A DNA stretch of 27,393 bases from Tubiluchus corallicola (GCA_030141605.1 JAQGDQ010001736.1:1-27393); one strand, 5' to 3'; shown: positions 1-11,074, numbered from the stretch's first letter. The notes: generated from the sequence alone by a model not told the origin. Numbers and translations: made by a program.

Positions 1-2855
1 TGTCCTGCACTGAACACTGAGAGTGAGAGTGTCCTGCACTGAACACTGAGAGTTAGAGTGTCCTGCACTGAACACTGAGAGTTAGAGTGTCCTGCACTGA
101 ACACTGAGAGTTAGAGTCCTGCACTGAACACTGAGAGTTAGAGTCCTGCACTGAACACTGAGAGTGAGAGTGTCCTGCACTGAACACTGAGAATTACAGA
201 GTCCTGCACTGAACACTGAGAGTTAGAGAGTCCTGCACTGAACACTGAGAATTAGAGAGTCCTGCACTGAACACTGAGATGAGAGAGTCCTGCACTGAAC
301 ACTGAGAGTGAGAGAGTCCTGCACTAAACACTGAGAGTTAGAGAGTCCTGCACTGAACACTGAGAGTTAGTGTGTCCTGCACTGAACACTGAGAGTTAGT
401 GTGTCCTGCACTGAACACTGAGAGTTAGAGTGTCCTGCACTGAACACTGAGAGTTAGAGTGTCCTGCACTGAACACTGAGAGTGAGAGTGTCCTGCACTG
501 AACACTGAGAGTTAGAGTGTCCTGCACTGAACACTGAGAGTGAGAGTGTCCTGCACTGAACACTGAGAGTTAGAGTGTCCTGCACTGAACACTGAGAATG
601 AGAGTGTCCTGCACTGAACACTGAGAGTGAGAGTGTCCTGCACTGAACACTGAGAGTGAGAGTGTCCTGCACTGAACACTGAGAATGAGAGTGTCCTGCA
701 CTGAACACTGAGAATTAGAGTGTCCTGCACTGAACACTGAGAATGAGAGTGTCCTGCACTGAACACTGAGAGTGAGAGTGTCCTGCACTGAACACTGAGA
801 GTTAGTGTCCTGCACTGAACACTGAGAGTTAGTGTCCTGCACTGAACACTGAGAGTTAGTGTCCTGCACTGAACACTGAGAGTTAGAGTGTCCTGCACTG
901 AACACTGAGAGTTAGAGTGTCCTGCACTGAACACTGAGAGTTAGAGTGTCCTGCACTGAACACTGAGAGTTAGAGAGTCCTGCACTGAACACTGAGAATG
1001 AGAGTGTCCTGCACTGAACACTGAGAATGAGAGTGTCCTGCACTGAACACTGAGAATGAGAGAGTCCTGCACTGAACACTGAGAATGAGAGAGTCCTGCA
1101 CTGAACACTGAGAATGAGAGTGTCCTGCACTGAACACTGAGAATGAGAGAGTCCTGCACTGAACACTGAGAATGAGAGAGTCCTGCACTGAACACTGAGA
1201 GTTAGAGTGTCCTGCACTGAACACTGAGAGTTAGAGTGTCCTGCACTGAACACTGAGAGTTAGAGTGTCCTGCACTGAACACTGAGAGTTAGAGTGTCCT
1301 GCACTGAACACTGAGAGTTAGAGTGTCCTGCACTGAACACTGAGAGTTAGAGTGTCCTGCACTGAACACTGAGAGTTAGAGTGTCCTGCACTGAACACTG
1401 AGAATGAGAGTGTCCTGCACTGAACACTGAGAGTTAGAGTGTCCTGCACTGAACACTGAGAATGAGAGTGTCCTGCACTGAACACTGAGAATGAGAGTGT
1501 CCTGCACTGAACACTGAGAATGAGAGTGTCCTGCACTGAACACTGAGAATGAGAGTGTCCTGCACTGAACACTGAGAGTGAGAGTGTCCTGCACTGAACA
1601 CTGAGAATGAGAGTGTCCTGCACTGAACACTGAGAATGAGAGTGTCCTGCACTGAACACTGAGAATGAGAGTGTCCTGCACTGAACACTGAGAATGAGAG
1701 AGTCCTGCACTGAACACTGAGAATGAGAGTGTCCTGCACTGAACACTGAGAATGAGAGTGTCCTGCACTGAACACTGAGAGTGAGAGTGTCCTGCACTGA
1801 ACACTGAGAGTGAGAGTGTCCTGCACTGAACACTGAGAGTGAGAGTGTCCTGCACTGAACACTGAGAGTTAGAGAGTCCTGCACTGAACACTGAGAATGA
1901 GAGTGTCCTGCACTGAACACTGAGAATGAGAGTGTCCTGCACTGAACACTGAGAATGAGAGTGTCCTGCACTGAACACTGAGAGTGAGAGAGTCCTGCAC
2001 TGAACACTGAGAGTTGAGAGTGTCCTGCACTGAACACTGAGAATGAGAGTGTCCTGCACTGAACACTGAGAGTGAGAGTGTCCTGCACTGAACACTGAGA
2101 GTGAGAGTGTCCTGCACTGAACACTGAGAGTTAGAGTGTCCTGCACTGAACACTGAGAGTTAGAGTGTCCTGCACTGAACACTGAGAATGAGAGTGTCCT
2201 GCACTGAACACTGAGAGTGAGAGTGTCCTGCACTGAACACTGAGAGTTAGAGAGTCCTGCACTGAACACTGAGAGTTAGAGAGTCCTGCACTGAACACTG
2301 AGAATGAGAGTGTGCACTGAACACTGAGAGTGAAGTGTCCTGCACTGAACACTGAGAGGTGAGGTCCTCACAAGCACTGAACACTGAGATAGGTGTCCTG
2401 CACTGAACACTGAGAGTTAGAGTGTCCTGCACTGAACACTGAGAGTTAGAGTGTCCTGCACTGAACACTGAGAGTGAGAGTGTCCTGCACTGAACATGAG
2501 AAACCCACACATGAGAGTGTCCTGCACTGAACACTGGAGAGTGTCCCACTGAACACTGAGAGTGAGAGTGTCCTGCACTGAACACTGAGAGTTAGAGTGT
2601 CCTGCACTGAACACTGAGAGTTAGAGTGTCCTGCACTGAACACTGAGAGTTAGAGTGTCCTGCACTGAACACTGAGAGTTAGAGTGTCCTGCACTGAACA
2701 CTGAGAGTGAGAGTCCTGCACTGAACACTGAGAGTTAGAGTGTCCTGCACTGAACACTGAGAGTGAGAGTGTCCTGCACTGAACACTGAGAGTTAGAGAG
2801 TCCTGCACTGAACACTGAGAATGAGAGTGTCCTGCACTGAACACTGAGAGTTAGA
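1..2855. repeat. 29-bp minisatellite (GAGTGTCCTGCACTGAACACTGAGAGTTA and variants), about 98 copies, running off the window start; probably within an upstream wls intron
   Basis: Direct periodicity. Variant units end gagtta, gaatga or gagtga, with a degraded patch at about 2310-2550. Confidence 0.97.
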
Positions 2856-3383
2856 CAGTGACTAGAAAGTAAATCCAGTCAGTATATATAGGTATAGGTA
2901 ACCTATGCAGACTTGGCTTCACAAAACCATTACTGTAAAATAGGGAGAGATCCAGTGAATATGCATTCACTGGACCGTACAATTATACTGGGGGTGAGTT
3001 TAGCTAGTAAAATGTAAAAGGATTAGTTCATAGATGGCAGCACCTAAAAAATGTACAATTACAACTTCCACATGCATTGAAACTACGAAAGGATAGCTCA
3101 ACGAAAGTGTAATAAAAAAAGGTAGCAAATCCTTACTGAAATCACTAAATACAAACTATACTCAGCAAATAGAGATTAGTGCATAATGACTTATTAACAA
3201 TTAATACGCAAAATGCAACAATTCCAACATAATCTCAACAGAATAACTCAAAGAATATGTATATCAAACGCATCATGTCATTATATGGCATAGTTAATTA
3301 ACTATGCCGTTATAATGAGACATTTAATTATAGCTACTTCATTATAACGAGACAGCATATCAATTTAACGAGGTAGTGTTATT

Positions 3384-3535
3384 CAGGGATGAGAATTTTC
3401 CTCGGATACGGAGAATTCCGAGTTTTTGGCAGACCAGTAGCGCCATTTTTGTAAATCGCGTAAATTCATTGAGAAAATTTTTACGGACCCAGTACATTAT
3501 TTCACAAGCTGACCGCTAGTTGGCGGGCCGTCACT
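3384..3535 (+). mobile_element. Truncated copy of MITE family A (starts CAGGGATGAGAAT)
   Basis: Near-identical to 6760-6912 and to the reverse complement of about 25284-25435. Confidence 0.85.
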
Positions 3536-3577
3536 CAAAGGAGAGCAGTTTTGTATTTCAAGTTTTCTTTCTTGTAG

Positions 3578-3714
3578 GTGATCCATCAGAACGGTGGATT
3601 TACTAAAGTCTGGTTGACTATGAAGACGATAACCTTCCCTTTCATCGTGGGGGTGATTGTCTGGTTCTGGCGACGTGTTCGACAGCTCCCGAGGAAACCG
3701 GTTCTTTTAGAAAA
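3578..3714 (+). CDS. wls: Wntless coding exon ([17 protein letters not shown]...RKPVLLEK)
   Basis: ttgtag acceptor and gttagt donor (phase 2). Matches the conserved WLS motif [11 protein letters not shown]...PVLLEK. Confidence 0.95.
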
Positions 3715-3950
3715 GTTAGTCTTTCTCCGTCTATTTTTCAATAAGATTTTTATGAACCGCAAGTTCATTTTTTATGTTAATGACTTATCTGAAAGAATTA
3801 TTACCACAGAAACATAATTTTGTGTTCGTGCGACTAGTTGTTCGCTGTTACATGCACTTAGCCGTTTGTTAGTTAGATTGGCACTAGCACATGCATCTCA
3901 TGAACGCATTGCACTAAAAAACAAATGCTGTACCTTTCAGTTCAGATGTG

Positions 3951-4329
3951 GTTCAGTTGTGAAGTAGTGCACATGTTCAAGAGTTCATGTTTGATCACGT
4001 TGGCAAATTTGCAGAGTTTATGCTCAACACGATCGTGAAATGGTTGTGCTGTTAGAAACTATGTTCAGTTGTGACGTAGTGCACATATTCAAGAGCTCAT
4101 GTTTGACAACGTCGGCAAATTTGAATTTTAAAATTTGCAGAGTTTATGCTCAACACACTCGTGAAATGTTTGTGCCGGTAGAAATTATGTTCAGTTGTGA
4201 CGTAGTGCACATGTTCAAGAGCTCATGTTTGACCACGTCGACAAATTTGAATTTTAAAACTTGCAGAGTTTATGCTCAACACACTCGTGGAATATTTGTG
4301 CCGGTAGAAACTATGTTCAGTTGTGACGT
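3951..4329. repeat. 126-bp tandem repeat, about 3 copies
   Basis: atgttcagttgtgacgt recurs at 4061, 4187 and 4313, with a diverged copy at about 3951. Confidence 0.9.
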
Positions 4330-4783
4330 CATGATTAGCTACTCTCGCCGGCCACTTGATCTATTATTTAATTGTCCGTGACACATTGGCATTATTATTG
4401 GTGTTAAAATGTATACTTTTTACCTTACTTCAAAATGAAGTAGGGGTGTGAAAAAAACCACCCTGTTTTGCTGTAAACAATTCTTAGTTTGGGATTAGTT
4501 TGGCAAAGTACGAATTTCATAAATTTTATTTCATAACGGCAATTCTTAATTTCATCCTGTTTTCCCGTGTTCCTCCTCAAGTTGCTGTTTGGCCCTCAGT
4601 GAACAGGCTTACTTAATTTATGTATTTCTGGCTGCGTAAGCGTTCAGCATTAGACGCCGAGCCGTTGGAGGCATGAATGCGACGTTCCAAGTGCAAAATC
4701 ACTGGTGCAGTCACGCATCCATTTACAGACCGTATTTAGCGTTGCTTTGCTTTAACTCGCACGTTTTCGTTATTTTGTTTCAG

Positions 4784-4824
4784 GTTGCTGTTGACGCTTG
4801 GAGTGACTTTGGCCGTTAACGATT
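4784..4824 (+). CDS. wls: Wntless 41-bp exon (K-LLLTLGVTLAVND-F), absent from the ORF track
   Basis: tttcag acceptor and gtaagt donor. Phases 2/1 join both neighbouring exons in frame. Aligns to human VIFALGISMTFINIP. Confidence 0.9.
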
Positions 4825-4991
4825 GTAAGTGGTTTAAATTCGTTTTCTAAACGTTGCCATAGTTACAAACTATGACTAATGCGCAGTACAACGTTTTGTA
4901 AAATGTAACAGAACTGATTCTACTGGTTTTTGACAGTGAAGCCATTATGGAGTTTCTCACTTGCAAATACGGTAAACTAAGACGCAGTCAC

Positions 4992-5890
4992 AGACTATGT
5001 AGAGCGTTCGTGCATTATTGCCACCCTGGAGCAGTAAGTAAAGACCACGTCAATTATGTGCATACTATTACCATTATATCAGGACCAGAAAATAAAGACT
5101 ACGTAGAACGTTCGTGCATTATTGCCACCCTGGGGCAGTAAGTAAAGACCACGTCAATTATGCGCATATTATTACCATTATATCAGGACCAGAAAATAAA
5201 GACTATGTAGAACGTTCGTGCATTATTACCACTCGGGAGCAGTAAGTAAAGACCACGTCAATTATGCGCATATTATTACCATTATATCAGGACCAGACAG
5301 TAAAGACTACGTAGAACGTTCGTGCATTATTGCCACCCTGGGGCAGTAAGTAAAGACCACGTCAATTATGCACATATTATTACCATTATATCAGGACCAG
5401 AAAATAAAGACTACGTAGAACGTTCGTGCATTATTGCCACCCTGGAGCAGTAAGTAAAGACCACGTCAATTATGCACATATTATTACCATTATATCAGGA
5501 CCAGAAAATAAAGACTATGTAGCACGTTCGTGCATTATTGCCACCCTGGAGCAGTAAGTAAAGACCACGTCAATTATGTGCATACTATTACCATTATATC
5601 AGGACCAGAAAATAAAGACTATGTAGAACGTTCGTGCATTATTACCACTCGGGAGCAGTAAGTAAAGACCACGTCAATTATGCACATATTATTACCATTA
5701 TATCAGGACCAGAAAATAAAGACTATGTAGCACGTTCGTGCATTATTGCCACCCTGGAGCAGTAAGTAAAGACCACGTCAATTATGTGCATACTATTACC
5801 ATTATATCAGGACCAGAAAATAAAGACTATGTAGAACGTTCGTGCATTATTGCCACCCGGGAGCAGTAAGCAAAGACTATGTAGAGCGTT
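4992..5890. repeat. 104-bp minisatellite, about 8.6 copies
   Basis: The unit agactatgtag...aggaccagaaaataa recurs at 4992, 5096 and onward. Confidence 0.95.
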
Positions 5891-6290
5891 TGCACAATAT
5901 TGATTATCAGTGGACAGATTTATTAATGTTTGGCATTTTGCGTAGTTTCGACGTTATGCAAAATGTTTTTGTTGATTTGTGACATGGTGTCGATTGTTTG
6001 TGTGTCAAGACGTAACGTGTTTTTTATATCTTAACGTCACAATAGAGCACTATTGCAGACAACCGGTTGTGAATAAATGACTCAATAGAGCAAATGGGCA
6101 GGTCAGTATGGTGAATGAAGCCTCCCATCCCACCTATTCACTGACCAGGATCAGTGCTGCTTAACTTTAATCACAAAATAGGAATACTTGGCTACGCCGT
6201 GTCACTTGTCCAAAACATTTTATGCTTACACCATTCGTAAAGATGCCTAGCATGATTTTCAATTCGCGCCTGTTTTGTTTACTTTTACAG

Positions 6291-6418
6291 TTCCGCTAGA
6301 GTGGTTCAGCATTTGGTTTGCGATGCCGTTTAACCTGTTGCTAAGCGACATCAAACAGGGATTGTTTTTCACCGCGCTGCTCTGTTTCTGGATCATATTT
6401 GCCGGGGAACATCTCATG
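6291..6418 (+). CDS. wls: Wntless coding exon (FPLEWFSIWF...SDIKQGLFFTALLCFWIIFAGEHLM)
   Basis: ttacag acceptor and gtgagt donor. Matches WLS PVEW...DIRQG...FWIIFCGEHMM. Confidence 0.96.
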
Positions 6419-6759
6419 GTGAGTTTTTTTGACATGGTTACGAGGGTTTTTTTGACGAACAGTTTTTCTGATGGTCACCCACATTTTTGCTGTCCAGGCT
6501 CAGTGTTGCTTGATGATTTCGCTAGGTATACGTACTGTTTTCTTTCGTGTTTGAAAAACGTGATGACATTAATGTGCATTTGTTGACAATTTTAGTTTGT
6601 TAGTAACCTGTTCCACAATTTAGCATGACTTGCTATTTTTTCCAATTGCTGGTTTAGTTCATTTTTTCAAAAGTAAAGTAAATGTTAGTTCATGCGAAAT
6701 TTTAGTGCACATTTGGCACTACGGCTACATCTTTTTGAAGGAACTGTTTTTATGTCTAG

Positions 6760-7144
6760 CAGGGATGAGAATTTTCCGCGGATACGCGGAATTCCGAGTT
6801 TTTGGAAGACCAGTAGTGCAATTTTTGTAAATCGCGTAAATTTGTTGAGAAAATGTTTACGGACACAGTACATTATTTCAAAAGCTGACCGCTAGTTGGC
6901 AGGCCGTCACTTTGTTTACATCACGTACATCAGTGTAACCACGTGTAGATCTCTATGTATAAAAACATAGAATCAATTGTGCGGAGTTATTTGAGTCAAT
7001 TGCAGACAGTTTTTATAAACTTTTGCATAGGAGCGGTCAGTACTTAGGCATTTTTGAGATAATTAGGTATCATGTATCCTTGATAGTTGGGTATTGTAAA
7101 TTATGCATGAAACAAGGTAATTGATATTTTAAGTCCACTTAGAG
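6760..7144 (+). mobile_element. Partial copy of MITE family A
   Basis: Colinear with the reverse complement of about 25082-25435. Confidence 0.85.
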
Positions 7145-7366
7145 TATAACATCCACAACATTATTATAGCATTATTTAGCATTGCCAAAAAAGCAGCCAG
7201 TGTATTATAACATCCACAACATTATTATGGTAACATGCTTGATGAAGGGGATGAAAAGGAAATTTCCCAAACAAGTTTTCCTACATAATTTAAATACTTA
7301 GCATTACATTAGCATATACAGCATTACGCTAGCATTTACGTTTGATAGCATTAGCAGTATGTTTAC

Positions 7367-7462
7367 CTGTTTGAAAGACTTGTGTAACTAGAAAAGAAAA
7401 TATTTGTGCCAATTGATAAAACGGCACCGTTTCACCTATCCCAGTGTGCACCACTGATTCAC
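7367..7462. repeat. Dispersed repeat fragment with an inverted homologue at about 25994-26092
   Basis: cctgtttgaaagactt...cccagtgtgcaccactg matches the reverse complement of cagtgatgcacactggg...aagtctttcaaacagg. Confidence 0.7.
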
Positions 7463-7847
7463 GAAAAAACATTTTGTTGGTCTTATTGACGACGTAAACT
7501 TTTGCTTAGTTAGTGACGTGTGTGCTACGAGTGTTCTGATTATTCATTCATACTTTACACAATGTTATCTAAACTTCTTTTAAATGACTTACCATTAAAG
7601 TGGCTGCCCCCAACGGTTATTGCGAGAGTTCAATTTTTCAAGTTTTATACAGCGTTACTGCTAACACAAGCTCTGTGCGCAATAAGACAACATGTAAGTG
7701 ACACAAATTTTTTAACTTCGGCTTTTCTCGTTCACATCATTCACTCTGATTCATCACACAGTGGCGATGCTTATAAAGATTTCTCTCATTGCTATCATTT
7801 GCATTTACCTTTACATGTTTATATCAATATGTATGTATTACTGTAGC

Positions 7848-7860
7848 TATGACTGATGAT

Positions 7861-7923
<63 letters not shown>

Positions 7924-8045
7924 TACACATATTACATATACATATGCATATACGTACACGCATGCACACGCACGCACGCACGCACACACGACACACGCAC
8001 ACACACACACACACACGCACACACATATAGTCATCATCAGTCATA
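7848..8045. repeat. Compound (TA)n/(CA)n microsatellite enclosed by a perfect 21-bp inverted repeat
   Basis: TATGACTGATGATGACTATAT at 7848-7868 and its exact reverse complement at 8025-8045. Confidence 0.92.
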
Positions 8046-8049
8046 CCCA

Positions 8050-8220
8050 CAGCAAGATAAAAAGTGAAAAGGATGGGACTTAAACAATCTCCTTGAGGTA
8101 CTCCTATGTTAGAACAGAATGGCATGCTCATCTTTCCTTCATGCCGGATTTGGAATAGGAAGATTTTGTAGGAATGGGCTAATGAAGTGCTGTTCATCTT
8201 CTTCTAAAACTTCTGATCAT
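8050..8220 (-). mobile_element. Non-LTR retrotransposon (LINE) reverse transcriptase relic
   Basis: Translates to FCSNIGVPQGDCLSPILFTFYL, the GVPQGxxLSPxLF RT motif. It is truncated before the YADD motif and appears frameshifted upstream. Confidence 0.85.
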
Positions 8221-8405
8221 TTGTTAGGTAGGACACTGGATGCCAACACAAAGTCTGAGATTAAACTATAGTTGCACTTAGCTAGGACCCATAGTTTCGT
8301 AAGAGTTGCAAAAGCTTCATGTATTAACTTTTTTCAAAAATGCATCATCTCTACTCTACTGTTACTAGTACATTTGTGATTTTTCAAACTTCCATTTGGC
8401 TATTG

Positions 8406-8591
8406 TCAGCCATTTCTTTCTCTGTCCTCGAAGCACGTTGTGTTTATCACTAGGTTTGCATAGCTGCAACTGCACTTGTCGCTATCGAAACAGAATTCTG
8501 GGTAATCTAGCGGTTCTCAGTTTAATAATAGCAGTTCGTTTGAGGCATCTAGACATTGACATCTCGTGTCATCTTCTTGTCTGGCGCGTAT
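8406..8591 (-). CDS. Last exon of a nested antisense Cys-rich gene with an in-frame TGA at 8517-8519 (Sec/readthrough or nonsense mutation)
   Basis: Acceptor ctttttgctttttttag. Phase-0 translation IRARQEDDTRCQCLDASNELLLLN*EPLDYPEFCFDSDKCSCSYANLVINTTCFEDRERNG*. Its Cys pattern repeats that of the preceding exon. Confidence 0.6.
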
Positions 8592-8687
8592 CTAAAAAAA
8601 GCAAAAAGATTATTTATTAAATTTTTAGAAGCATTAATTTTTTTAATCGATTTTTAATCAGGATTTGGAAGTTTTCAAAGTGAGGCA

Positions 8688-8825
8688 TGCAGGCACGTGA
8701 AACTGCAAGTAGAAGTATTTAGAGTTGTGAATGCAGGTGAACAATGTTGCAAGTGCAGGCACGTGAAACTGCAAGTGCTGGTATTTAGAGTTATGAATGC
8801 AGGTGAACAATGTTGCAAGTGCAGG
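8688..8825. repeat. 66-bp tandem duplication within the nested gene's intron
   Basis: tgcaggcacgtgaaactgcaagt occurs at 8688 and 8754. Confidence 0.9.
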
Positions 8826-8911
8826 TGCACGAGAAGTGAGAACATTTTTTTTCCTTACAAATTTGTACAACTGCTTATGTTAAATTACAGTTACGACTCG
8901 CATTTCCTCAC

Positions 8912-9238
8912 CTCAAAACAGTTTTCTCCGTTTGAGTTGCATAAGCATCCAGATTCATAGTCAAAGTCATCCGGATCACAGCTGACTATTGCTTCCGGAT
9001 CTATCATCTGACAGCATCGTTCGTATTGAGCGACAAAATCTTCATCCTGACACTTCTTTCGACATCTCCGTCTTCCCCGTCTCGGTCTGCGACGGTCATC
9101 GTCGTCGTCGTCTTCGTCGTCGTCGTCATCATCATCATCATCATCATCACAGCGGCGCAAACATCGCTTGAAACGTCTTGCTAGTCTTCGATCCCTTCGC
9201 TCTTCTGCGGTGAGACTGTCAATGATTTCTGTTAAGAC
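8912..9238 (-). CDS. Main exon of the nested antisense gene: Arg-flanked CX3C-poly-Asp-CX3C followed by a Cys-rich module; function unknown
   Basis: Acceptor atttttgcag and donor GAG|gtgagg enclose 109 open codons. The stretch is GC-richer than the surrounding intron and uses mixed GAT/GAC Asp codons. Confidence 0.72.
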
Positions 9239-9550
9239 CTGCAAAAATCATTTGTTGAGCTTTATAGAAATTGTAGAAAAAGGAAATTAGTGGCTATCTT
9301 AGCTGCACTACTTTTAAAAAAAATGCGTAATTTTGGCATTAGTACCGCCACTTTAAGGAAAATAATTGACTTGTAATGATACGTCATTTTAAACGTAATT
9401 GACCCATCGCTACTTTTTGGTATGTTAAAAATCATTTCATAGTTCTCAATTTTGATTACAGCTGACCTAAACATCAACTTGGTATTGCACAAACACGACT
9501 TTCAATGTACTCTTCTGGAGAAACCACAGCCAGACATTAATTACAGCATA

Positions 9551-9552
9551 AA

Positions 9553-9590
<38 letters not shown>

Positions 9591-9672
9591 GCAACAACAA
9601 CACAACAGCAATGACAACAACAGCAGCAGCAGCAGCAACAACAACAACAGCAACAGCAGCAACAACAACAAC
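9551..9672. repeat. (CAA/CAG)n trinucleotide microsatellite
   Basis: Direct inspection. Confidence 0.92.
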
Positions 9673-9748
9673 AGTAATTTACTTGTAAAGTGTAGGAATC
9701 GACTATTATTATAATCAGTTGCACTATAACAATTAAAACATCACGTAC

Positions 9749-9990
9749 TTTGCATTGAGTTTTGCTGCCAAATGAGAGAACTGCAAAAACCGCGAATCAG
9801 GCGATGCAGCCTCAAATAAATAAGCTATTTTAGTTTTCAATATTTTAGAGCATTCTTTATTCTGAACTTGTGTTTACACAATCATCCGGTTCTCCTTTAA
9901 TAAAACCAAAAAGGGTAGCCATTATACAGTCGATTATTTACTTGGTAATGCCAACAATTTTTAAATCACCCATCTAACTGCTATGCAGAC
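9749..9990 (-). other. Tentative 5' coding exons of the nested gene (9990-9942 with ATG at 9973; 9810-9749)
   Basis: The first has acceptor ttttctag, encodes MGDLKIVGITK and has donor gtaaat. The second has donor gtacgt and a hydrophobic FAVFAVLSFGSKTQCK in the frame joining the 9238 acceptor. The junction phases are off by 1 nt. Confidence 0.35.
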
Positions 9991-10120
9991 CTAGAAAATT
10001 CAGTTCTGCAGATTTATGTCATAAATTGCGTCGGTTTATTAGAAGGACTAGTTGGCATATGATGTGATTTGCAGAAAAATCGCGAGCTTGTCGTATTATC
10101 ACCTGTTTTAGGACAAAGTC

Positions 10121-10261
10121 ACTGTCATAGTATCATGGTAACAATTGCCACGTGCTTACCGTGTACTGTCATAGTATCACGGTAACAATTGCCACGTGCT
10201 TACCGTGTACTGTAATAGTATCACGGTAACAATTGCCACGTGCTTACCGTGTACTGTCATA
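10121..10261. repeat. 44-bp tandem repeat, about 3.2 copies
   Basis: actgtcatagtatcacggtaacaattgccacgtgcttaccgtgt at 10121, 10165 and 10209. Confidence 0.93.
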
Positions 10262-10715
10262 TTCTTGGATATAATAAAGTGTAAACTTAGCATGTGCGAT
10301 TAAAATATGAATTATTTAATAATGGACGCCTTGCATCTACAAGAAATAAGTTCTGTGAGTGTAAATGAACTACAACAGCTTAATTTTTCACAGTTGTCTC
10401 TCCATGAGAAAGTTCCAATTAAGAAAAGAGACCGTTCAACACCTGATATTCAAATATTAACATTAAAATTACATGTTTGTTACGTTTTACACGGTATTAA
10501 AACAATGGATAATTTTCTGAACCAGCACCCCCACTCATTTTACCTACAAGCCACAACTGTGCCTAACTGCATAAAAAGAATTTTACTTACCAAAATGGTC
10601 AATGCAGTAAGTAGAATTACTGGCAAAGCTTTCATGTTGTCTGAGATGTAACTAGTAAAGTCTCGCTGTTACTACGATGCCGTTTACTTGACGATTACTT
10701 TACATGGTTACTTAC

Positions 10716-10829
10716 CTGCTGTTTTATACGTGTTTTTTGGTAAAAATGCAGGAAATTCGCTTGAATTATCTCACGTTTGCAGAATTAAGCCGTTTCATCT
10801 GCCGTGTCTTCGGCGTCGCGGAAAACTGA
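10716..10829 (-). promoter_or_regulatory. Possible initiator and non-coding first exon of the nested gene
   Basis: TCAGTT (Inr-like TCAKTY) at 10829-10824 and a consensus donor CAG|GTAAGT at 10716/10715. Confidence 0.3.
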
Positions 10830-11074
10830 CTCTGTTGACTGGGCTAAATGATTGAGTTTAATGGAAGAATGGTCAGTTGATAAATGAGTTTTGATAATTG
10901 GGGGGGGGGGGTTGAAGGTCGGGTGGTAATTGCTAAATTCCTCTTCCTGTGTGGGTGGCGAAATAAACCAGTTTTACATCTGAAATCAAGTTTGTTCATG
11001 TTTCAGTAAAGGAATTTTAAGAATTTTGATTTTCTGTTCGGTTGTTTTTTAACATGTTCAGAAGCTAAGTTTTT

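Noticed and set aside
454-2844. Many long minus-strand ORFs (MFSAGHSHSQCSVQ...)
   Set aside because: They are translations of a 29-bp satellite giving the same peptide in all frames, with no gene structure.
1-2855. CRISPR-like array
   Set aside because: The units are head-to-tail with no unique spacers, there are no cas genes, and the context is eukaryotic. The same holds for the other arrays.
7750-7800. SECIS-like ATGA-n12-AAA...TGAT on the minus strand
   Set aside because: The predicted helix II has too many mismatches by hand pairing; it needs SECISearch to exclude formally.
7789-8083. YI/HT/CV-repeat ORFs
   Set aside because: These are dinucleotide microsatellite translations.
8300-8350. 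Second SECIS-like ATGAT...ATGAA on the minus strand
   Set aside because: The stem is too short and the non-Watson-Crick quartet is out of register.
9452-9724. Poly-Cys and poly-Asn/Thr ORFs
   Set aside because: They come from the (CAA/CAG)n microsatellite, with no splice or phase support.
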